A stretch of DNA of 64,000 nucleotides, from NCBI GenBank assembly GCA_951406725.2, contig OX597831.1:72044001-72108000 (forward strand), in the 5' to 3' direction. Source of the DNA: Octopus vulgaris. Taxonomy: Eukaryota. Shown in pieces: positions 26,610 through 38,634 of this stretch. Positions within the stretch are counted from its first letter, which is position 1. Every line of letters starts with the position of its first letter. The position numbers and the translations under genes are program-made. The notes beneath the pieces are model-generated. The model worked only from the letters and a program-made list of their open reading frames with translations. It was not told the DNA's origin and searched no databases.

Positions 26610-28335
26610 ATAAGAGCATTAGACCAAAGCCAGATATACTAATACTTAGGAATCCATGAACTAGATACGATACAACACACACACAAATGAAAGGAAACAA
26701 TTAAAAAAGAATACTATGGCTGTGTGGTAAGTAGCTTGCTAACCAACCACACGGTTGCGGGTTCAGTCCCACTGCGTGGCATCTTGGGCAAGTGTCTTCT
26801 GCTATAGCCCCGGGCCGACCAATGCCTTGTGAGTGGATTTGGTAGACGGAAACTGAAAGAAGCCTGTCGTATATATGTATATATATGTATATGTGTGTTT
26901 GTGTGTCTGTGTTTGTCCCCCTAGCATTGCTTGACAACCGATGCTGGTGTGTTTATGTCCCCGTCACTTAGCGGTTCGGCAAAAAGAGACCGATAGAATA
27001 AGTACTAAAAGGTGGTGCTCCAGCATGGCCGCAGTCAAATGACTGAAACAAGTAAAAGAGTAAAAGAGAGTAAAAGAGTATAGACGAATAAGGTTAATAA
27101 TGGAAACAGAGCTCAATGCGAAAAACAAGATAATATGTATCAACACTAGCCGTCCCAGTTATACGTTATAGCTACAATATCCTTAACTGGTCTCTAAATG
27201 AACTAATCAAAATAAACAGGAAAACAAGAAAAATAATGACAGGATTTACGATGCACAACCCAAAATCTGACATAGAAAGGTGATATATACAACATATGGA
27301 AGGTGCTAGAGGCCTTATACAGCTAGAAAACTATTACAAAATAACCACCATAGGACAACAGAAATACTTACTGCAGAAGCAAGGAAGACTAATGCAAACA
27401 GCCACAAAACACGAACTGTTTTCAGTCTTTAAGGAAGCTAATAAATACAAAAAAGAAGTCATAATACCAAACAACTATGAAGAAAAAGAAGAAACAACAA
27501 AAGCTGTAAAACAAATGAAATCCAAACTAAAACTTGAACAGCAACGGATCATGATGAAGCAATGGCAAGAAAAGCCCCTTCGAGGCAAATACTGGGCTAA
27601 ACTAAACGCAAAAGAAATAGGCAAGGCAAAATCCCAACAATGGGTGAGAAGCTCAGGACTCAAAGCAGAGAGTGAAGGATTTTTAACTGCAGCACAAGAT
27701 CAAAGCCTTCCCACCAGAAATTACCAAAAATGTGCAGAATATGTGGAGATTGAGAAAAAACAATAAATCATATTGTCTCTGGTTGCCCAGTCCTGGCTAA
27801 GAAGGAATATATTCACAGACACAACAGAGTCGGGACCTATGCCAACACTATGGAATAACAACAGAAAAAAGGTGTTTTGGCACACGCCAGAAAAGGTCAC
27901 AGAAAATAAGAAAGCAACCATACTATGGGATATGCCAATACACACAGATAGAGAATTTGAGGCCAAATAGCCAGATATAGTTGTCAGAGATCACCAAAAA
28001 AAATGTTCCTCTAAAAGAAACAGAAACTTTCAAAATACAAAGATCTGGAAATAGAGGTAACTCGAATATGGAGTCTAAAAACAGAAAAAATTCCTATCAT
28101 AGTAGGCGCGTTAGGTATGATAAAAAAATTCAAATACATAACAAAAACACTAGGACTAACAAGTATATATGATATACAGGAAATAACACTACGAGGCACC
28201 GTGCACATCTTACGTAAAACACTTTCAATACAGTAAAAATAAGAGCTTCACAACAAACCACTGCACATGCCCAAGGCACACGAAGCTGCCCTCGATAGTG
28301 CAGTGAAAGCACGTGATAAAAATAAAACTACTGAA
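26610..28335 (+). mobile_element. R4/Dong-like non-LTR retrotransposon 3' part (RLE endonuclease), interrupted by SINE B
   Basis: YLGIHE...IKKEY|YRRIRLIMETELNAKNKI across the SINE. Further motifs GARGLIQLE, GLKAESEGFLTAAQDQSLPTRNYQK, HIVSGCP..A, WDMPIHTDR..PDIV, KYKDLEIEV, IPIIVGALG. Ends in (AAT)n. Confidence 0.88.
26717..27080 (+). mobile_element. SINE B inserted in the R4-like LINE
   Basis: Match to the 7455 copy with an internal deletion. Confidence 0.9.
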
Positions 28336-28352
28336 TAATAATAATAATAATA

Positions 28353-28432
<80 letters not shown>
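28335..28432. repeat. (AAT)n directly followed by (TAT)n
   Basis: Direct inspection; inverted microsatellite junction at the LINE tail. Confidence 0.9.
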
Positions 28433-28433
<1 letters not shown>

Positions 28434-28614
28434 ACAGATAATATAAAACAACAAAAAAATTAAAACGACAAAAAAAACCTAGCATCTTCCCGATACCCGA
28501 GGGCCACCAACATGGGTCAATGAAGGAAACCCACAGATCTTGGGACGCCTTAACGCCCAAGTGCCAATATAGATTTCTCACGAAGGTACAACTTAGTATG
28601 CGTCAACAACGTCA

Positions 28615-28615
28615 A

Positions 28616-28688
<73 letters not shown>

Positions 28689-28789
28689 TGCTGTTGATGT
28701 TGTTGTTGCAGCAGTAGTAGTAGTAGTAGTAGTAGTTGCAGCAGCAGCAGCAGTAGTAGTAGTAGCAGTAGTAGTAGTAGTAGTAGTAA

Positions 28790-28826
<37 letters not shown>

Positions 28827-28985
28827 TGTTGTAGTAGTAGTTGTAGTAGTAGTAGTTGTTGTTGTTGTTGTTGTTGATAATGTTGTTGTTGCAGCAGTAG
28901 TAGTAGTAGTTGTTGTTATACTAGTTGGTGTAATTGTAATAGTAGTATTAGAAGTAATAGTAGTTGTTATTGTTGTAGTAGTAGT
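28615..28985. repeat. Compound (GCA/GTA/GTT)n microsatellite
   Basis: Direct inspection. Confidence 0.95.
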
Positions 28986-29030
28986 GTATATGGTTGCACG
29001 TGTGTGAACATGTGTGTGCGTGTGTGTTTG

Positions 29031-29068
<38 letters not shown>

Positions 29069-30191
29069 GTAAAGAGGGGTAGAGGGGGAATGATCTTGCG
29101 GCATGCAAAAATGGAAATTATTCTACCAGAAGACAAACTAAAAGAAAGCTTCAGCAACGTGGCTACGGTTGAGTAGGGGAAAATACCTCAGGGGACAGAG
29201 AGCTGAACACACAGAATACAGATACCATTGTTTCTCACAAATGTAACAATATGAGTTGAAAAACAAAACTACGATTAAATGAAGTTATCCAAACAATGTG
29301 TAAACAAAAACTCCCTCTATGGATATTTAAAATTTAATAGCATTATGCTTCAGTAAAAATCAGCTGATTGATATTTTATGACGATATAATCAATATAAAC
29401 AATATGGATTGGAGTCGATCTGGTCTTCGAAGCCAACTAGTGACAGGAACGGACATGTTTCGGCTTTATTCAGCCCTCTCAGTGGAGGATACTCTATACT
29501 CATTTGGTAAGACTAAGATTGGCTAATATATCTATAAAAGCAGAGGGAATGTTGTGGTATTGATTATAATTGTAAACACTGGTCGAGGGAAAGTATATCA
29601 GGTGCGATTTCTGTATAGTAAATACAAATCTGGTAAGGACAAACACACACACACACGTGTGCGTGTATGTGTGTGTGTGCGCGACGCACATATATAGTTA
29701 TAATGCGTTAAGAAACTTCGATCAGCTAGGATTGTCATACAGGCAATTATTAGATAAAAACTTCTTCAGTTGGTTTAAGAAATCTACAACTAAAATATAA
29801 TCAACAACGAGAAATGCAGAAACCACCAATGAGTTCATAAAATCTTTTTGAAAATGAAGTACACAAACATGGCTGTGCGTGAGCGCGTATGAGTGTGTGT
29901 TGGAATATACATATCCACATATATACTTATACACACTCATACACACACATGCATACACTTATACACACACACATACATACTTATATACCTACAGTCACAC
30001 ACAGGCTATTAAAGAAAAAGAATGTATACCGGGTGGAGACGGGTTCGACACTTAATATATAGTCGACACAGACCTATTGCAAATGATTCTGGAAATGACA
30101 TATTTATTAATGCTAATATAGACAGGAATATATGCTTTCATTTACACATTTTCATTCACAGGCAATTTGGAGTGCATGCGTGTACACACAT

Positions 30192-30254
<63 letters not shown>

Positions 30255-30291
30255 CATATGCATATATATATATACACACACACACACACAC

Positions 30292-30504
30292 TCTTTTACT
30301 CTTTTACTTGTTTCAGTCATTTGATTGTGGCAATGCTGGAGCACCGCCTTTAGTCGAGCAAATCGACCCACGACTTATTTTTTGTAAGCCTAGTACTTAT
30401 TCTATCGGTCTCTTTTGCCAAACCGCCAATACACGGGGACGTAAACACACCAGCATCGGTTGTCAAGCAATACTAGGGGGACAAATACAGACACACAAAC
30501 ATAT

Positions 30505-30579
<75 letters not shown>

Positions 30580-30743
30580 CGACGGGCTTCTTTCAGTTTC
30601 CGTCTACCAAATCCTCTCACAAGGCTTTGATCGGCCCGAGGTTATAGTAGAAGATACTTGCCCCAGGTGCCACGCAGTGAGACTGAACCCGGAACCATGT
30701 GGTTCGTAAGCATGCTACTTACCACACACCCACTCCCACGCCT

Positions 30744-30745
<2 letters not shown>
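30292..30745 (-). mobile_element. SINE B
   Basis: Reverse-complement match to the 7455 copy. Confidence 0.92.
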
Positions 30746-30781
<36 letters not shown>

Positions 30782-30783
<2 letters not shown>

Positions 30784-30915
30784 TGAAAATAGGGAAGGTT
30801 GGTTTATAGGATTAGCTTTGGTTTCCCATCCAAAAAAGGTTTAGCTTCATGGCGTATCATCCCTTTATGAATGGAAAACCTAAGGTAATCCCATAAACCG
30901 GTCTTCCTCATTGTA
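30782..30915. mobile_element. Two inverted copies of a PLE 3' terminus between (TA)n tracts
   Basis: Both halves match 55500-55577, the terminus that follows the PLE coding remnant at 55040-55350. Confidence 0.7.
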
Positions 30916-31044
30916 TATATATATATATACACGTACATAAATACATTCATACACACACAGACGTACACACATGAATACATACATATATTCATATATGTCG
31001 AGGCAGCAACAGAAATGCCTCGTGAAAATATCTGTTCCGATATG

Positions 31045-31158
31045 GCTATTTCTTACTGATGAATCTAAGGGCCTATGGAAGATTGGCTTGATTTAATTTA
31101 ATCAGGTTAGTTTTACCATTAAACAGTAGACGAAACGGTGCATCGTATAAGAAATTGC
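31045..31158 (+). ncRNA. Type I hammerhead ribozyme with extended helix II
   Basis: Helix I ATTTCTTA/TAAGAAAT (+GC/GC). Core CTGATGA 31056-31062. Helix II base TCTA/TAGA plus a long hairpin 31075-31119. GAAA 31132-31135. Helix III ACGG-TGCA-TCGT. GUA triplet ending at 31147. Confidence 0.8.
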
Positions 31159-31501
31159 AGGGTAAACGTTTTTTTAATTTTCTCCTGTTTACGGAATTGA
31201 TGTTATTTTGCGGTTGAAAGCTTTGGCTGTTATTTCTAGTGGGTGAATGGCCTATTATGGCTGTTCCTTGATCGTGATGTTGAATTTATAAATGGTCTAT
31301 GACTATTTAATTTTTTCCCGCTAGGCCGCTGGTGGCAAAAAAATTCTACAAAATTTTTTGCCACCCTATATTGATTAAATATATTCATATATGTATATGT
31401 ATAAAATGTATGTATATATGCATATACATGCATGTGTATATATGCGTAATTGGAAATGTATATAGATAGACGGCGATAGATAGATTGATAGACATACAAA
31501 T

Positions 31502-31902
31502 AGGAGTGGCCATGTGGTAAGTAGCTTGCTTACCAACCACATGGTTCCGGGTTCAGTCCCACTGCGTGGCACATTGGGCAAGTGTCTTCTGCTATAGCCT
31601 CGGGCCAACCAAAGCTTTGTGAGTGGATTTGGAAGACAGAAACTGAAAGAAGCCCATCGTATATATGTATATGTATGTATGTGCGTGTGTATGTTTGTGT
31701 GTCTGTGTTTGTCCCCCACCCCAACATCACTTGACAACCGATGCTGGTCTGTTTACGTCCCCGTAACTTAGCGGTTAGGCAAAAAAGAGACCGATAGATT
31801 AAGTACTAGGCTTACAAAGAATAAGTCCTGGGGTCGATTTGCTCGATTAAAGGTGGTGCTCCAGCATGGCCGCAGTCAAATGACTGAAACAAGTAAAAGA
31901 GT
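31502..31902 (+). mobile_element. SINE B
   Basis: Match to the 7455 copy. Confidence 0.92.
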
Positions 31903-31933
31903 ATGTGTGAATCTATCTATTGTTCTCTTTATC

Positions 31934-31978
<45 letters not shown>

Positions 31979-32205
31979 ATACATACACACGCATACGCAC
32001 ACACACGTGCACACGCACACATGAATGCACCGCACGCACACACACTGATACATACAAGAGCAGAAAGATCTAAAAGGAACCACTGCCAACAATATCAACA
32101 ATAACAAAATCAAAAGCACACAAAAGAAAAAGCTGAAGTAGGTCACAAGTTTAAGTGAAAAGAGAAAGAGAAAAGAGGAACGGGAGTCCAAAACATGTTG
32201 CTTCG

Positions 32206-32292
32206 GATGATGACGATGACGATGACGATGATGATGACGATGATGATGATGATGATGATGATGACGACGATGATGATGATGATGATGACGAC

Positions 32293-32327
<35 letters not shown>

Positions 32328-32334
32328 CGACGAC

Positions 32335-32372
<38 letters not shown>

Positions 32373-32427
32373 CGACGACGACGATGATGATGATGATGAC
32401 GACGATGATGATGATGATGATGACGAC

Positions 32428-32459
<32 letters not shown>

Positions 32460-32466
32460 CGACGAC

Positions 32467-32511
<45 letters not shown>

Positions 32512-32545
32512 GGTGATGATGATGAGGAGGAGGAGGAGGAAGAGG
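32206..32545. repeat. (GAT/GAC)n(GGT)n(GAG)n microsatellite
   Basis: Direct inspection. Confidence 0.95.
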
Positions 32546-32894
32546 AGGGGAGGGGAAGGGGAGTGAAGGGGGTAAAGATGCGAAGAAGAAACATGTGGTC
32601 CTCGCAAAGTAGACCTAGCAAGGGAAGCTGACAGGAGCTCTGTTCGAGGAAGTTTTCTTTCCATTTTGTCTTGCTCGACTCGACAAACAGATCAAGTTAC
32701 AGGCAGTCGGTTCCATCTGAAGAATGGAAGAAGAATGGTAAACAGAACTTTTGTCTCTTCAAGAGAAACAATCCTTTCTTAGACACACGAAATATGTGCG
32801 GCGCGCAAGCAAGCATGTACACACACACACACATATATGTATGTATGTATATATATATATATATACATATATGTATATATATACATATATATAC

Positions 32895-32929
<35 letters not shown>

Positions 32930-32931
32930 TA

Positions 32932-32965
32932 TACATATGACTCTCCCCAGACACAACAGTATATA

Positions 32966-33015
<50 letters not shown>

Positions 33016-33045
33016 TACTGTTGTGTCTGGGGAGAGTCATATGTA
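32932..33045. repeat. ~35-bp inverted repeat around (TA)n
   Basis: TACATATGACTCTCCCCAGACACAACAGTAT / ATACTGTTGTGTCTGGGGAGAGTCATATGTA. Confidence 0.92.
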
Positions 33046-33075
33046 CATACATACATACATACATACATACATACA

Positions 33076-33106
<31 letters not shown>

Positions 33107-33124
33107 GTGTGTGTGTGTGTGTGT

Positions 33125-33430
33125 GTATGAATATATACATGCATATTTGGGTACAGGACATCACCAACGGTGCAAATAACATGAAATACATAAACAAGGA
33201 GAAAAAAATGGAAAACAATATAAGTATAGACAAAGAAAGACCCTTCATCAGTTGTCGGCTGTCTATCTACTCCTCATTTCGAGCATTCAACAACAATATG
33301 AGTCTTCAAAGACAGTTGTTCCCATTAATTCTAAAATTAAATTTAGGATTTATGGAGGGTCAAAGCTGGGAACAAAAAGATGACAGTGGAGACATACATA
33401 AAAGTCGAACGAAAGCAAATATGGAGGCCT
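33125..33430 (-). mobile_element. Putative PLE terminal fragment
   Basis: The minus strand carries CTGATGAAGGG (half of an HHR core) and a T-rich end abutting a microsatellite. No coding evidence. Confidence 0.4.
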
Positions 33431-33435
33431 CTGAC

Positions 33436-33600
33436 CAGGTGTCGCCATGACAACTTTCTCTGCCATGGGCAATGCAACGATCACACGCTATACACGTTCC
33501 TTCCACACCCTGTGTAAACAGCGGAAGTAAGCCATAACGTTAAAATTTAGTGCGCCTGCCCAGCAGAGTCCACTGTTAATCTGTGCCAAGCGGGTGTATA

Positions 33601-33652
<52 letters not shown>

Positions 33653-34047
33653 TTTATTTATTTATTTATATCCATCCACTTGACACAGATTGACAGTGGG
33701 CTCTGCTGTGCATGCGCACTAAGTTTTAACGTTCTAGTTTAATTCCGCTGTTTACAGCAGTGCTTGGAAGGAACGTGTGTAGCGTGTGATCGTCGCATTG
33801 ACCAGAGCAGAGGAAGTTTTCATGGCGATACCTGCTTAGAGGCCTACGCAAAGTTGCAGAAAATAAAAAGAGAGGAGTGTATGAGCCGCCCACAAGTGAA
33901 CAAGTGGTTCTGACGTTTCCAAGATGGCCGAAAAAATGTCGATAGTGACGAACGTTCTGGGAGACCCGCAACCAGGAGAGCTAACAAAAACATTGCAGAT
34001 GTGCGTGTAGCTACGAAGGGAAATCGTCGAATCACTATCCATGAGTG
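33436..34047 (+). mobile_element. mariner 5' fragment (33670-34047) with an inverted copy of its leader (33436-33600)
   Basis: EECMSRPQVNKWF*RFQDGRKNVDSDERSGRP...NRRITIHE (mariner HTH). Diverged ~165-bp inverted arms around (TA)n. Confidence 0.8.
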
Positions 34048-34659
34048 AACCCTCCCAGGTTCAATAAACTGTAGTACCAGTCATGTGCTGAGGACCATGA
34101 TATAGACAAAACCCTTTTCCATAAAACTGCACGCTTTACACCCTAAATTAGAAGCGATCATTATTGCGAAATATGCATTAACATAATTACTATAACAGCA
34201 AACTTCATGAAATTCATTCTCACTTCAGCTTCAAATGTCGACTTCAGTGATATTTCGAGAGTTTACATATGTCAGAAATATATGTATCACAGGAGATACA
34301 GATTGAAAAATTATCTAAAATCGACCTTATTAACATTTTATTCAACTTCGAAAATATTTAACAAAATATTTATAAAAACGTGATTTTAACTTAAGCGTTA
34401 CTTTAGGATATTGCCTGTCGTAATATGGAAGGATCGAAGAATCGAAAAAGTGAGGTGAATAGAAACTGAAAAGAAGATAAAAAAAGAAAGTGAAGCGGAA
34501 ACAACCTACTGGCGATTGTCTGTATGTGGAAAAAATAAAATGAAATACAATAATATTAAAAAAAACAAAAAACGACCAAAATCAAAATTGTACTCAAGTT
34601 AAACCGCAGAAAGCGAGAACTGCGTGGGGATCGGGTTAGCGTTTGTTTGTGTTTAATCT

Positions 34660-34880
34660 TTTTCGTAGTTCGTCTGTTTGTCTTTACGTGACACCATAAG
34701 ACAAACGGTGTTTGTTTTCGTGGTCGCACACTTGTGAATCGGCCAGAGAGAGAGACCGAAATAATATGTACGAGTCTTTAAAAAGTAAATACTAGGATCT
34801 GTTATTGATTCGATCGACTAAACTCTTCAAGATGGTGCTCTAGCATGGTCGCAGTTCATAGGCTGAAACCAATAAAGAAA
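34660..34880 (+). mobile_element. Degenerate 3' half of SINE B
   Basis: GAGACCGAAATAA...CGACTAAA...GGTGCTCTAGCATGGTCGCAG. Confidence 0.65.
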
Positions 34881-34959
34881 AATAACCCTCATACATATAT
34901 ATTTGATACATACATACTTACACACTCACACACACCTTTCTCACATACACACAAACGCT

Positions 34960-35250
34960 TGCGCATCTCCTCTTGTTGGTATCACCATGAATAATCTCTT
35001 CTTCATTCAATCTCTATTATTACCTCCCTTTCATTCAACCTCTTTTTTTCCAATCAACCGCCATGTTGGACCACTGAACTCAACCCTTTTTTTTCATTCT
35101 CTATTTATTTCGTCTTATTCATTTCTGTCGAAGAACAGAGACTCGAAACGTAAAAGACTTTTCCATTTTTTCCGAGCGTCAAACTAATACACTTGCTTGT
35201 TCTTACACCTGTCTTCGTCTTTGTTTTTTCTATAAATTTGAACTACATAT
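34960..35250 (+). mobile_element. PLE-like 3' terminus with degenerate minimal HHR (35122-35156)
   Basis: TTTCTGTCGAAGAACAGAGACTCGAAACGTAAAAG, similar to the terminus of the GIY-YIG element at 39290-40285; ends in (TA)n. Confidence 0.65.
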
Positions 35251-35258
35251 ATATATAT

Positions 35259-35488
35259 TTCTTTACTGCCCACAAGGGGCTAAACATAGAGGGGATAAAC
35301 AAGGACAGACAAAGGGATTAAGTCGATTACATCGACCCCCAGTGCGAAACTGGTACTTTATTTATCGACCCCGAAAGGATGAAAGGCAAAGTCGACCTCG
35401 GCGGAATTTGAACTTAGAATGCAACGACAGACGAAATACCGCTAAGCATTTCGCCCGGCACGCTAACGTGTCTGTCAGCTCGCCGCCT
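35259..35488 (-). mobile_element. SINE A, full length
   Basis: Reverse match. Flanking repeat GAACTACATAT. Confidence 0.92.
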
Positions 35489-35566
35489 AGAACTACATAT
35501 GTATAGTTACACATATGTGTTTATGTACGTATATATTAATTGATGGTTGAATCGACGTATAGGTTG

Positions 35567-35609
<43 letters not shown>

Positions 35610-36120
35610 AAAATAATTATAGGGTCAATTTTTGACAGAACATCCAGAGCATATTATACAGACCTACAAAAGATGTAGCGGTGAGAGCCGATCAGTGTTG
35701 ATGTCGAGCTGCCGACTTATGAGAAAGTCTTTATGCGGTGGCTCCACCTGTTAGAAATAGCTACCAAATAATAAACTTCAAACCAAAGACTACTGTCTTG
35801 AAAAAGGAAAATTAAAAAAGAATTAGTGCGTATTGCGTAATGTAGACAAAGAGACATTATGTCTGAGAAAAGACGAGACATTATGTCTGAAAGGTGAAGA
35901 AAAAAGTGGTTGAAATAGAATAATATGAATGCATATACACAGATGTACATATGTAAGGATATCTTTGAATGGTATCTTTCTCTTTTTTATTCGCATCTAA
36001 ATATGTAATTGTCTCCTGAAAACACTTTTGAGCTTTATTTCGTTTTTTTTTTTTTTCACTGAAATAAGGCGAGGGTTTGGTAAGACGAGCGGTTGAATTC
36101 ATTTCACATCAAGGTTCCTG

Positions 36121-36187
<67 letters not shown>

Positions 36188-36318
36188 ATAGCGTATTATA
36201 TTATTATTAGTAATATTAGCATCAGTATTAGTATTAACATTATTATCATTATATCCATATATTTACACAGACACATACACATATGCATACATGTTCACAT
36301 ATATATTTGCATACACAC

Positions 36319-36349
<31 letters not shown>

Positions 36350-36431
36350 AAGTTGAAACGCTCCTACTGTCAGTTTGCCATCACCTCTTCCTTTCTCATT
36401 CATATACTATGATGAAGAATCTATCTATCTA

Positions 36432-36465
<34 letters not shown>

Positions 36466-36466
<1 letters not shown>

Positions 36467-36820
36467 TAGCAGTATCGCCCGGCGTTGCTTGGGTTTGTAA
36501 GGGAAATAACTATAAAGCATTTTTAGAGTGTTATAGCCAAAAAATGGGAAAAAAATGATGGTAAATTTTTTTTTTAGTTAAAAAGGTCGAGTTGCGTCCC
36601 CTAGACAGTCTGTGGTTTGTGTTTCTGATTCTCGACCGCATGTCGAATTTATCGATTTTTTTCAGAACTGGAGGAACTTTTCAAAATTTTCGCTGCGTTA
36701 GTTTTGAATTATGACATTAGGCTGTGTGTGTGTCAAGTTTCATCAGAATCGGTTGAAAGCCGTGGTCAGGGTGAGGGTACAACCTAACAGACACACAGAA
36801 ACACTCACAGACAAACTGCC

Positions 36821-36830
<10 letters not shown>
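36466..36830 (-). mobile_element. Non-autonomous Helitron
   Basis: A|CTAG at 36465-36469 with subterminal hairpin CCCGGCGTTGCTTGGG. The other end TATATAAACGGCAGTTTGTCTGTG is shared with the 40648 element. Confidence 0.8.
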
Positions 36831-36862
<32 letters not shown>

Positions 36863-36863
36863 G

Positions 36864-36955
36864 AAATATGTTACAAAAAGAAAATATAAAATAAAAATAC
36901 GTTACAAAAAGAAAATATAAAATAAAAATATGTTACAAAAGGAAAATATAAAATA
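36864..36955. repeat. 31-bp minisatellite, 3 copies
   Basis: GTTACAAAA recurs at 36870, 36901 and 36932. Confidence 0.9.
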
Positions 36956-37192
36956 CACGTGGAAATGTAAGGGTAAAATATGAAAAATCAGCGAAAATGC
37001 ACATTATAAATAAAAAAAGAAAAGACTTTTCATGAAAGGTAACGGCAGATATATACATTTAGATGGACTGTCATAAAAGTAATTATTATGAGATGATTAT
37101 AAGATGATAATAAAGTAAGAGAACAAAGCGAACCATGGTTTCGGCAAAATTTTATTCATCGCTTTATATATATATCTAAAAGCTATTCATCG

Positions 37193-37253
<61 letters not shown>

Positions 37254-37264
37254 TTGATAGATAG

Positions 37265-37725
37265 ATCTTAATGACTGACAAGGCGCGGTGAAAGCCAACG
37301 ATGTGCATTAAGATGTGTAAGCATCAAAATGCGACATCATCGATGATCTGGCTCTATCTGCTGCTGTAGGAAGCTTGCCTCCCTTGTCAGTCATTAAGAT
37401 ACTGCTTTCTGTGGCTATTGAGTTGTTTTGACCCTTATTTCTAGCAATAATGGTGCTGAGTAGTGCTCTTTGTCACATTAGGGACATATTTCTGCGCTTA
37501 GGTTCTAAAATTGCAAATTAGCCACGCGTGTGTACCGTTGGCGATTTTTTTTCCTCTGTCTTCCCTTCTCTGGATCTTTTCTTCTCCTATGTTTCCGACG
37601 AAGAGCTCCGCTCGAAATGTTAAACCCTCCTTCTTTCCGTCTTTCCTGAGCGTCCAATAATACTATATTTGTTCCACGTCCTCGCGTTGTTGTATTTTTT
37701 TCTGCTTTCTTGTTTGGATTAACTA
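37265..37725 (+). mobile_element. PLE-like terminal segment with 5' inverted repeat and minimal HHR (37591-37625)
   Basis: IR ATCTTAATGACTGACAAGG (37265) / CCTTGTCAGTCATTAAGAT (37382). HHR GTTT-CCGACGA-A-GAGC-TCC-GCTC-GAAA-TGTT-AAAC. (TA)n on both flanks. Confidence 0.65.
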
Positions 37726-37735
37726 TATATATATA

Positions 37736-37794
<59 letters not shown>

Positions 37795-37809
37795 ATATGT
37801 ATATATATA

Positions 37810-37856
<47 letters not shown>

Positions 37857-38022
37857 CGAGAGAGAGAGAGGGGGGAGAGAGTAAAATATATGTTAGAGGT
37901 TATGCAACCATCTAAGGGATTGATGTATCCGTAGGCACTCCTGGTATATAATTTCAGTATGACTTTAAAACACCAGTGAGTCACTTCTCATTGTTAGTTA
38001 TTGCTCCATTTCTTATCGTCTC

Positions 38023-38115
<93 letters not shown>

Positions 38116-38228
38116 CGCGTGTGTTTGTGTGTGTGTGTGTGTGTATAAGGATGAAAAGGAACATACGAGTTGATATATATGAAAAAAACAAGTCAAGATA
38201 GAAAGTGCTAAAATAATCTTATAAAGAA

Positions 38229-38275
38229 CATTTCAGTACCGGTTTCAGTCATTTGAGACCTTTTCAACTGTAACG
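38229..38275 (-). ncRNA. Minimal hammerhead ribozyme, U3/A8 covariant core (left arm)
   Basis: Minus strand CGTTACAG-TTGAAAA-GGTC-TCAAAT-GACT-GAAA-CCGGTA-CTGAAATG. Confidence 0.65.
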
Positions 38276-38544
38276 ATTAAATAATTAAATTTAGAAAAAT
38301 TAAAAGAAAAGTTTTTTAAAAAGAATATTTGTATAGTGTTCAAATATAAGTGGCATTTTCCTTGTTTCTGCCTTTCTCTGTCTCTCTTGTTTACACTTGT
38401 GGGTTCGAGGTCGTTATGTAAACAAGTGTAAACAAGAGACAGAGAAAGGCAGAAACAAGGAAAATGCCACTTATATTTGAACACTATACAAATATTCTTT
38501 TAAAAAAACTTTTCTTTTAATTTTTCTAAATTTAATTATTTAAT

Positions 38545-38591
38545 CATTATAGTTGAAAAGGTCTCAAATGACTGAAACCGGTACTGAAATG
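38545..38591 (+). ncRNA. Minimal hammerhead ribozyme, U3/A8 covariant core (right arm)
   Basis: CATTATAG-TTGAAAA-GGTC-TCAAAT-GACT-GAAA-CCGGTA-CTGAAATG. Palindromic helix III ACCGGT, GUA triplet. Confidence 0.65.
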
Positions 38592-38634
38592 TTCTTTATA
38601 AGATTATCTTAGCATTTTCTATCTTGACTTGTTT

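Noticed and set aside
36864-36955. CRISPR-like periodicity
   Set aside because: Contiguous tandem units without unique spacers, in a eukaryotic context.
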